Shown here in pieces: positions 9,832 to 16,630 of a stretch of DNA of 64,000 nucleotides. The notes below the pieces were generated by a model. It was not told the origin of the DNA, made no database searches, and was given only the letters and a program-made list of their open reading frames with translations. The stretch is taken from contig OY969712.1 of assembly GCA_963702105.1 (NCBI GenBank), positions 4,617,971-4,681,970 on the forward strand, in the 5' to 3' direction. Both the position numbers and the translations under genes were made by a program. Every line of letters begins with the position of its first letter. The stretch's first letter is position 1. Origin of the DNA: an uncultured Gammaproteobacteria bacterium (GTDB lineage Bacteria; Pseudomonadota; Gammaproteobacteria; Steroidobacterales; Rariloculaceae).

Positions 9832-10320
9832 AGCTCTCTCCCCTCCAATCGTGGTTTCGCCGTGCCCGGCGGAACCCGTCCTTACGCGCCGCAGCGCGCT
9901 GCCCGGAAACCCCGAGCTCATGCGGCCGATAGCCGCGGGTTCGCTCGTTACCGGGCTGCGCCCGGACCGCCGCCAAAGTCTCCTACCTTGGCGGAAAACC
10001 GCCGGACAGTCCAGACCGAGCGTTACTCGGCGGGCCTTCCGTCTGCGCCCCGGGGCATGGAATTTGCAGCCGCAGCCGGCGCGAAACGACGCGTCGGGAC
10101 GGGCCGCCTCGGGAGCCCGCGGCATGACATCGGGCCGGGAGGCGCAATGGTTCCACTTCGCCGCACACCGCGGAACGGACCCCGGCGGCCGAGGCGCGCG
10201 CGCGGCGGCCCGCAACGGCCTCGCTCGGTAGGTGGGACCGCGCAGGCGGCGCATCGTTCCTGGGCCATCGTCTCGCGCCGCACGCGCAGGCGGCCCTGAC
10301 GGGCAGCGGCGAGACGCGCC

Positions 10321-11787
10321 ATGGCGAAGCGCCCGCTCGAAGGCAGCTACGTCTCGACGCTCGGCGTCGCGCTGTTTGCGCTCGTGCCGTATATCCTCGT
10401 CGTCAGCGGCGCGAACCTGTACCGCGCCGGAGTCATCCGGGACCTCGGCGCGACGCACGGCGCCCTGTCGGTCATCGGCGGCATCTCGACGGCCGGCTAC
10501 GCGTTCGGCGCGCTCCTCGCGGGCGACCTCAACAGCCGCATCCCGCAACGCCGGCTGTTCTTCGCCTGCGAAAGTCTCTTCATCGTCGGCTGGATGCTCT
10601 GTGCCGTCGCGGGCGGCACCGTGACGTACGGCGCGGGGCGCGTCCTGGCGGGATTCGCGACCGGAACCCTGCTCGTGACGGCCATACCGCCCGTCGTCCA
10701 GCGCTTTCCGCCTTCGCGCATGCCGCTCACGGCGGCGTTCATCAACGTCGGGTTCTTCGGTGCGATCGCGGGCGGCCCGCTGCTCGGCGGCGCCGTCGGC
10801 GCCTTCGACGCATGGCGCTGGATGTATGCCGGCTTCGCCGCAGTCGGCGTATTCACGGTCGCGATCGCGTTTCTCGCGCTGCCGACGACGCCGCCGCCGA
10901 ACCCGGATCTGAAGGTGGATTACTGGGGAATCGGGCTCGGGCTCGCGGCGGCGGCGCTGCCGTTCTTCGCGAGCGGCGAGCTTGCCGCGCACGGCTTCGG
11001 CACGGCCGTGGTCACGGCCCCGCTCGCCGTCGGCGTGGTCGCGTTCCTTGTCATGCTGCTCGTCGAGTACCACCGTCGGGAGCCGCTCGCGCCCGTCAAG
11101 AAGATGTGGAGCACGATCCCCGTCGTCGGGACGCTCGTCGCGATGATCGGCGGCGGCGCGTTCGTGACCTTCGTGATCCTCGCGGTCGAGTACCTGCTGG
11201 CCGTCATGCAGCGCGGCCCGCTGCCGACGGGGCTCTCGTTCTGGCCGCAGCTGCTCGGCGCCTTGATCACGGCCGGCCTGCTCGGCGTTCTGTTTCGGAC
11301 GCGCTTTCTGCCCCTGCTCGCGTTCGGCGGACAACTCGTGCTGCTCGGCGGCGGCGCCCTGCTCATGTTCTACCAGGGCGGCTCGAGGGCTCAGCTCCTG
11401 GCCGCGGTCGGCCTGCTCGGCCTCGGCGCCGGGGCGACCGTCAGCCCGGGGCTCTTCCTCGCCGGCATGTCGCTGCCGACCCTGCTGCTCGGGCGGCTCT
11501 TCGCGCTCATCGAGCTCGTGCGCTCCGTCGCGGATTTCATCCTCGCGCCCGTCATGGTCAAGATCGCGAAGGTCACGTCGGCGGGCTCGGGGCTGACCTC
11601 GCCCGGCGTACACCGCGCCATCTTGATCACGCTGCTGATTACGCTCGCCGGCCTGGCGATCTCCCTCGCGATCTACGCCGCCGGCCGCACGGGCCTGCCG
11701 AAACCCGACCTCGAGGCATGGATCAAGCGCAAGCAGACGGCCCTGAAGTCGCCGCCGCTCGGCCAAGGACTGCGCGGCCGCGTCTAG
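10321..11787 (+). CDS. MFS transporter
   Basis: 488 aa, polytopic and hydrophobic throughout, with MFS-style loop motifs. No substrate inference possible. Confidence 0.8.
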   Translation: MAKRPLEGSYVSTLGVALFALVPYILVVSGANLYRAGVIRDLGATHGALSVIGGISTAGYAFGALLAGDLNSRIPQRRLFFACESLFIVGWMLCAVAGGTVTYGAGRVLAGFATGTLLVTAIPPVVQRFPPSRMPLTAAFINVGFFGAIAGGPLLGGAVGAFDAWRWMYAGFAAVGVFTVAIAFLALPTTPPPNPDLKVDYWGIGLGLAAAALPFFASGELAAHGFGTAVVTAPLAVGVVAFLVMLLVEYHRREPLAPVKKMWSTIPVVGTLVAMIGGGAFVTFVILAVEYLLAVMQRGPLPTGLSFWPQLLGALITAGLLGVLFRTRFLPLLAFGGQLVLLGGGALLMFYQGGSRAQLLAAVGLLGLGAGATVSPGLFLAGMSLPTLLLGRLFALIELVRSVADFILAPVMVKIAKVTSAGSGLTSPGVHRAILITLLITLAGLAISLAIYAAGRTGLPKPDLEAWIKRKQTALKSPPLGQGLRGRV

Positions 11788-12416
11788 TGCGCCGGAGCGG
11801 TCGGGCGCTCAGCCAGCTGCGCCCGCTCCTCGGGCGTCAACACGCGCGCTACGGCGAGCGGCCTCCCCGAAGCCGGGTCGAAGAACGCCGACTTGCGCTG
11901 CTCGCCGCGCAGCATCCGGCCGAGGAGCGTCGCGGCGAGGCGCAGGACCATGCCGAGCGTGAATCTTTCGGTGGCCGGCTCCGGCAGCGTGCCGCGGGCG
12001 AACTTGCCGAAAACGCGCCACTGCACCGGGCCGAGCGCGGCGTCGCGGCCGGTGCCGGGGACGCTCGAATCCACGAACGAAAGGATCAGGCCGACGAACG
12101 GGATCCGCCCCGTCGGCATCGTATTCGCGATCGGTGTATTGCAGCAGGCGGCGTACCAGCGGAACGGGCCGCGCGGCGTGACGCGCACGCTCGCGAGCCG
12201 CTCGACGCCTTGGGTGATCTCGACGAGGGCCGGCGAGGTCTGGTAGATGTCGGTGCCGCCGTGCTCGTCGAGGAGCTCTGCCGGACGGCCGAGGAAGGCC
12301 GCGAACGCCTGGCAGTCGTCGCAGTAACAGACGACGCGTTTTCCGGCGGCGGGCGAGGCGTGTAAGGCGCCGCGCACGGCTCCGCAACGACACGAAAGCG
12401 GCAGATCGGTTGACAT
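11784..12416 (-). CDS. Cys-rich GFA/DUF6151-like zinc-binding protein
   Basis: 210 aa. CRCGAVRG..VCYCDDCQAFA..RWYAACCNTP cysteine pattern. 4-nt convergent overlap with the MFS gene end. Confidence 0.5.
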   Translation of the reverse strand: MSTDLPLSCRCGAVRGALHASPAAGKRVVCYCDDCQAFAAFLGRPAELLDEHGGTDIYQTSPALVEITQGVERLASVRVTPRGPFRWYAACCNTPIANTMPTGRIPFVGLILSFVDSSVPGTGRDAALGPVQWRVFGKFARGTLPEPATERFTLGMVLRLAATLLGRMLRGEQRKSAFFDPASGRPLAVARVLTPEERAQLAERPTAPAH

Positions 12417-12700
12417 TCTGGCAGCCTCGCCGCCTGTGCGGCGGCCTAGCGTAGCATTAGCCGCCTCGCGAAACGACTTGCAGGCGCCGGCTTCCGACCT
12501 GTCCTCCGGCGGCCGCAGAGGGACAATGCGAAGCGAGCCCGTGCCGAAACGCTTCCTGGCTCAGCTCGCCTAGCCGTTTCGCGGCGCGCGCCGCGCGCCC
12601 CCCCCTTTACCCCAGCCGCAGCCGGAGTAATCTTGGCCTTGCGAGGCGGACCGCCCGGCCGGCCGGCAGCGGTCGCGGCGCATTACTTACGAATTAAGCG

Positions 12701-12988
12701 ATGAACATGTACGGCAACAACATTTGGGTTCTCATTCCCATCGTCGCGATCGTCTGCGGGTTCCTGACCCAGTGGATGCGGATCAAGCACGGTTACCCGC
12801 TGCGGGATCGCGGTGCCCGGCGCCGGTATTCGGCCGATCTCGAGTCCGAGGTCGACGGGCTCACGAAGAAGATCGCGTCGCACGAGGCGACGATCGCGAA
12901 GCTCGAGGAGCGCGTGCGTGTGCTCGAGCGCATCGCGACGGACGCCTCGGCGCGACTCGGCGAGGAAATCGAGCGGCTCAGAGCCTAG
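12701..12988 (+). CDS. small single-TM coiled-coil protein (PspB-like architecture)
   Basis: 95 aa. N-terminal TM helix (NIWVLIPIVAIVCGFLTQWM), then a basic stretch and a heptad-like ..IAKLEERVRVLERI... Its AT-richer upstream region ends in ..AATTAAGCGATG. Architecture resembles PspB; homology not verified. Confidence 0.5.
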   Translation: MNMYGNNIWVLIPIVAIVCGFLTQWMRIKHGYPLRDRGARRRYSADLESEVDGLTKKIASHEATIAKLEERVRVLERIATDASARLGEEIERLRA

Positions 12989-13028
12989 GGGCACAGCCTC
13001 GAGGCGTGAGCGTTGCGCTGGGCGAGGC

Positions 13029-13808
13029 GTGAGAACGGTCACCGCAACCCGCTATGTGACGCCGCTGCGCGAGGGCGGCTCGCTGCCGGCCATCGTCGAG
13101 GCCGACGACGAAGGGCTCTATGTGCTCAAGTTCCGCGGTGCCGGTCAGGGGCCGAAAGTGCTCGTGGCCGAGCTCGTCGCCGGCGAGATCGCGCGCGCCG
13201 CCGGCCTGCCCGTGCCCGAGATCGTCTTCGTTGAGCTCGATCCCGACCTCGCGCGCACGGAGCCGGACCCTGAGATCCAGGACCTCATCAAGGCCAGTGC
13301 GGGGCTGAATCTCGCGCTCGACTATCTGCCTGGCTCCGTCACTTTCGACCCCGTGGCGACTACGCCCGACCCGGAGTTCGCCTCGGCCGTCGTGTGGTTC
13401 GACGCCTATGTCACGAACGTGGACCGCACGGCCCGCAACACCAACATCCTCGAGTGGCATCGGCGGCTCTGGCTCATCGATCACGGCGCAGCGCTGTATT
13501 TTCACCATGGCTGGGACGAGAACTTCGCCGCGCACAGCCGCACGCCGTTCGCGCGCGTCAAGGATCACGTGCTGCTCGAATTCGCGGCGGAGCTGGCCGA
13601 GGCCGACCGGCTCATGCGCACGCGTGTGACGCCGGCCGTCATCGAGAACGCCGTCAAGCTCATCCCGGCGGGCTGGCTCGCGGAGGACTCGCCCGTGGGC
13701 GGCCGCGACCGGCAGCGGCGAGTCTACGCCGAGTACCTCACGGCGCGGCTCGAGGCGAGGCAGGTCTTTGTCGAGGAGGCGATCCGTGCGCGATCACTGC
13801 ACGTATGA
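13029..13808 (+). CDS. HipA-like (HipA_2 / PI3-4-kinase-fold) putative Ser/Thr kinase
   Basis: In ORF 12813..13808. GTG 13029 is preceded by GGGCGAGG. ..RYVTPLREGGSLPAIVEADDEGLYVLKFRGAGQG.., catalytic-loop-like NVDRTARNTN and LIDHG motifs. The upstream part of the ORF is low-complexity Arg/Ser and was rejected. Confidence 0.7.
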   Translation: MRTVTATRYVTPLREGGSLPAIVEADDEGLYVLKFRGAGQGPKVLVAELVAGEIARAAGLPVPEIVFVELDPDLARTEPDPEIQDLIKASAGLNLALDYLPGSVTFDPVATTPDPEFASAVVWFDAYVTNVDRTARNTNILEWHRRLWLIDHGAALYFHHGWDENFAAHSRTPFARVKDHVLLEFAAELAEADRLMRTRVTPAVIENAVKLIPAGWLAEDSPVGGRDRQRRVYAEYLTARLEARQVFVEEAIRARSLHV

Positions 13809-14703
13809 CTACGCCGTCGTGCGCGTCGTGCCGAAGGTGGACCGCGGGGAGTTCGTCAACGTCGGGGTGATCCTGTCGTGCCCGGCGCTGGACTTTCTCG
13901 AAGCGCGAATCGACCTCGACGAGGCGCGGCTGCTCGGGCTGGATCCGACCGTCGACGTCGAGGCCGTGCGCATGCACCTCGAGTCGATTCCGGTGGTCTG
14001 TCGCGGCGGACGCCGCGCCGGCCCGCTCGGCAGGCTCACGCAGCGCGAGCGCTTCCACTGGCTCGTCGCGCCGCGCAGCACGATGGTCCAGACCTCGGCC
14101 GTGCATGCCGGGCGGTGCCAGGACCCCGAGGCCGCGCTGCAGCATCTGCTGCGCAGGATGGTCAGCGCGCCTGGCGCGCTCGAAGAGAGGACACCCCGTA
14201 TGCTGATTCGTGAGGAGACGCCCGAGGACCGCGAAACGGTGGACGCCCTCATCGCGTCCGAGTTCGACACCGGCGCCGAGGCCGACTTCGTCGGGGCGCT
14301 GCGAGCGGGTCCACGGCCCGTCGTCTCGCTCGTGGCCGAGGAAGGCCGCGCCGTCGTCGGGCACGTCCTGCTCGCCCCCGCGCCGCTCGCGGGCGCGGCC
14401 GGCCCCGAGCTCATGGGGCTCGGCTGCCTGGCCGTGCTGCCCGAGCATCAGGGCCGCGGCATCGGCAGCGCGCTGCTTTCGGCCGCCCTCGACCGCTGCC
14501 GGGCGCTCGGCTTCGACGGCGTGGTCGCCCTCGGGCACGCGCGCTTCTATGCACGGTTCGGCTTCGGGCCGGCCGCGCGCTTCGGCCTACGCTTCCGCCA
14601 CTCGGTGCCGGAGGAGGCGTTCCTCGCGATCGAGCTCGTGCCCGGCGCGCTCGAGGGGCGCGGAGGCACCGTCGAGTATCTCTCGGCGCTGAGAAAGAAG
14701 TAG
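13768..14703 (+). CDS. DUF3037 domain fused in frame to a YhbS-like GNAT acetyltransferase
   Basis: 311-aa ORF without an internal stop. Residues ~10-132 (YDYAVVRVVPKVDRGEFVNVGVIL..) are DUF3037-like. Residues 145-311 (MLIREETPEDRETVDALI..LPEHQGRGIGSALL..ARFYARFGF) are GNAT. The start (ATG 13768 or GTG 13786) overlaps the kinase 3' end. The internal ATG 14200 has its own GAGAGGA Shine-Dalgarno. Confidence 0.65.
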   Translation: MSRRRSVRDHCTYDYAVVRVVPKVDRGEFVNVGVILSCPALDFLEARIDLDEARLLGLDPTVDVEAVRMHLESIPVVCRGGRRAGPLGRLTQRERFHWLVAPRSTMVQTSAVHAGRCQDPEAALQHLLRRMVSAPGALEERTPRMLIREETPEDRETVDALIASEFDTGAEADFVGALRAGPRPVVSLVAEEGRAVVGHVLLAPAPLAGAAGPELMGLGCLAVLPEHQGRGIGSALLSAALDRCRALGFDGVVALGHARFYARFGFGPAARFGLRFRHSVPEEAFLAIELVPGALEGRGGTVEYLSALRKK

Positions 14704-14723
14704 CGTTAAAAGAAGTAGCGTTA
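14694..14723. repeat. perfect 15-bp tandem duplication (AAAGAAGTAGCGTTA x2) spanning two convergent stop codons
   Basis: Units 14694..14708 and 14709..14723 are identical. Unit 1 holds TAG 14701..14703 (+ gene). Unit 2 holds TAA 14723..14721 (- gene). Confidence 0.9.
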
Positions 14724-15236
14724 CAACAGCAGCTGCCAATAACCCACGTCCACCCAGCGGCCCAGCTTGAAGCCCGCCTCGCGAAAGCGGCCGACCTCCT
14801 GGAAGCCGAACCGCTCGTGCAGCGCGATGCTGGCAGGGTTCGGCAGCGCAATGCAGCCGACGGCGGCATGCAGCCGCAGGCGTCGGAGCTCATCGATGAG
14901 CGGCCGATAGAGCGCCCCGCCGATTCCGCGTCCCCTCGATTCAGGGTGCAGGTAGACGGTCGTCTCGGCCGTAAAGCGGTACGAGGCACGCGCCTTCCAG
15001 AGACCGGCGTAGGCGAAGCCCACGACCGAGCCGCCGCTTTCCGCTACGAGCCAGGGGAAGCGCTCGAGCGTCTCCGCGATGCGCCGGCCCATTTCCTCGA
15101 CCGTCACGGGCGTCTCTTCGAACGACACCACCGTGCCGCGCACGTAATAGTCGTAGATTCCGCAAATCTGTTCGGCGTCCGTCCCTCGAACGGGGCGAAC
15201 GAAGACGCCTTCGGGGTCGGCCGCGGCGATCATCAC
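14721..15236 (-). CDS. GNAT acetyltransferase, phosphinothricin/MnaT-type
   Basis: 171 aa. ..IYDYYVRGTVVSFEETPVTVEEM.., ..RGRGIGGALYRPLI.., ..ASIALHERFGFQEVG.. are typical of PAT-family GNATs. Confidence 0.75.
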   Translation of the reverse strand: MMIAAADPEGVFVRPVRGTDAEQICGIYDYYVRGTVVSFEETPVTVEEMGRRIAETLERFPWLVAESGGSVVGFAYAGLWKARASYRFTAETTVYLHPESRGRGIGGALYRPLIDELRRLRLHAAVGCIALPNPASIALHERFGFQEVGRFREAGFKLGRWVDVGYWQLLL

Positions 15237-15555
15237 GACGAGGCCGAAGAGAGAGTCAGCACCCGCACGATCGTGTTCTCCCGCTGCACGGTCCCGACAG
15301 GGGGCCTGCCCGTCAGGGCCTGCGCCGTCCGCGCTATCTTAGAGGCTTCCAGCCGCGTTGCCGAGACGAAGCGGAAAACCGATCGCGGCGCTGGCCGAGA
15401 ACTGGCGCCGCGTGGCGCGGGGCGCCCTCCCGTATGCAGGCGTGACCCAGCACACAGAACGGCCGAGGGGCCGCGCGTATTGTCCTTTGGGTTGAGCGGC
15501 TCGGCGTTTCGCGGTAAGAAGGCCCGCGATGCGCCTTGATCACAGCGGGGGCAAC

Positions 15556-16101
15556 ATGTTCGAAATCGGCAAGAAAGGCAGCGACAAGCGGGAGGATTCC
15601 ATGGCACGCGACGAACACACTTCCACGACTTCGACCTTCGCGGACTCGGTGAAGCGCAACGCGCCATCGCGGGAGGCGGCCGTGATCGGCCCGTCGATCC
15701 GGATTGACGGCGATCTGCGCGGCGAAGAGGACCTGCGCATCGAGGGCGAGGTCAAGGGCACGGTGCAGCTCAAGAACAATTCACTTCGCATAGGCAGCGA
15801 GGGCCGCGTGCGCGCGACGGTCTACGCTCACTCGATCGACGTGGAAGGCCTCGTCGAGGGCGACCTTTTCGGCCTCGAGCGCGTCACGATCCACAAGAGT
15901 GCCCGGGTGCAGGGCAACATCACGTCGCCGCGCGTGAGTCTCGAGGACGGGGCCCAATTCAAGGGTTCGATCGAGATGGACAAGCAGGCCGTGGAGGCCG
16001 CGCTCGGCAAGGGCCGCGGCGGTAACGTCTCGCCCCTGGGCGGCTCGAAGGACGGCTCGGCGGGTTCGCGCCCGAACGCGGAAGCCGGCTCCACGGGCTG
16101 A
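15556..16101 (+). CDS. bactofilin (polymer-forming cytoskeletal protein)
   Basis: ORF 15529..16101; ATG 15556 (MFEIGKKG). Repeated beta-helix pattern ..IRIDGDLRGEEDLRIEGEVKGTV..VYAHSIDVEGLVEGDL..ITSPRVSLEDGAQFKGSIEM.. with disordered tails. Confidence 0.8.
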   Translation: MFEIGKKGSDKREDSMARDEHTSTTSTFADSVKRNAPSREAAVIGPSIRIDGDLRGEEDLRIEGEVKGTVQLKNNSLRIGSEGRVRATVYAHSIDVEGLVEGDLFGLERVTIHKSARVQGNITSPRVSLEDGAQFKGSIEMDKQAVEAALGKGRGGNVSPLGGSKDGSAGSRPNAEAGSTG

Positions 16102-16102
16102 C

Positions 16103-16132
16103 CCTTTGCCGCCGTGTTTGCGGCGGCAAAGG
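16103..16132 (+). terminator. GC-rich hairpin directly after the bactofilin stop
   Basis: CCTTTGCCGCCG / CGGCGGCAAAGG 12-bp stem with a 6-nt loop, starting 2 nt after TGA 16099..16101. No clear U-tract. Confidence 0.55.
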
Positions 16133-16190
16133 TTGCGCGAAAGCTCCGGGCGGGCCCTGCGTCCGGAGCTTTTTCGGCTATGCTCCGTGC

Positions 16191-16541
16191 GTGGACATCT
16201 ATCACATCTGGTGCAATCTCAAGTCCGGCATCCGTGATACCGAGTTCGCGGCCCAGCTCGCCGCGTTTCTCGGGCGTCTCGAACGCGAGGGGCGCATCCA
16301 GGGCTATCGGATCACGCGCTGCAAGCTCGGGCTGCGTCCGCCCGCGCTGCGCGAGTTTCACATCACCGTCGAGTTCGACGACCTCGCACAGATGCAGAAG
16401 GCATTCGACGCGGCCTCCGCTCGCGCGGACCCGATCGAAAGCCTGCATTCCGCCGTAAACTCGAAGGTGCAGGACGCGTTCTTTGCGCTGTACCGCGACT
16501 TCCCGGACGCGAACAGGGTCGAGGGGCAAGAGCGCTTCTAG
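16191..16541 (+). CDS. small conserved hypothetical protein (DUF6614-like)
   Basis: 116 aa. MDIYHIWCNLK..RCKLGLRPPALREFHI..LHSAVNSKV..FALYRDFPD recalls the DUF6614 family from memory. Confidence 0.45.
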   Translation: MDIYHIWCNLKSGIRDTEFAAQLAAFLGRLEREGRIQGYRITRCKLGLRPPALREFHITVEFDDLAQMQKAFDAASARADPIESLHSAVNSKVQDAFFALYRDFPDANRVEGQERF

Positions 16542-16560
16542 TGCGCCGCAGGGGCCTGTC

Positions 16561-16630
16561 GAAATCCGCGCCGGCTCGGACCGCGGCGCCTCAGAGAAAT
16601 CCGCGCCGGCTCGGACCGCGGCGCCTCAGA
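16561..16630. repeat. perfect 35-bp tandem duplication spanning the ftsH stop codon
   Basis: GAAATCCGCGCCGGCTCGGACCGCGGCGCCTCAGA at 16561..16595 and again at 16596..16630. Copy 2 contains the ftsH stop (16626..16628). Each unit contains a GCGCCG..CGGCGC hairpin. Confidence 0.9.

Noticed and set aside
9832-11766. N-terminal ~645 codons of the 967-aa ORF 8863..11766 (-), which would make a giant protein.
   Set aside because: Only the last 322 aa (MsrP) look like a real protein. The rest is Arg/Ala/Gly/Asp-rich nonsense, antisense to a convincing MFS transporter. This is a typical high-GC open-frame artefact.
12429-12465. GCCGCC / GGCGGC / GCCGCC triplet in the 5' leader of the DUF6151-like gene, which could form two mutually exclusive hairpins (attenuator-like).
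   Set aside because: Six-bp GC stems of this kind arise by chance very often at this GC content, and there is no leader peptide or U-tract.
12813-13028. Upstream 72 codons of ORF 12813..13808 as part of the kinase.
   Set aside because: This stretch is an Arg/Ser-rich translation overlapping the well-formed 95-aa gene in another frame. Kinase-family sequence starts at GTG 13029 behind a Shine-Dalgarno-like GGGCGAGG.
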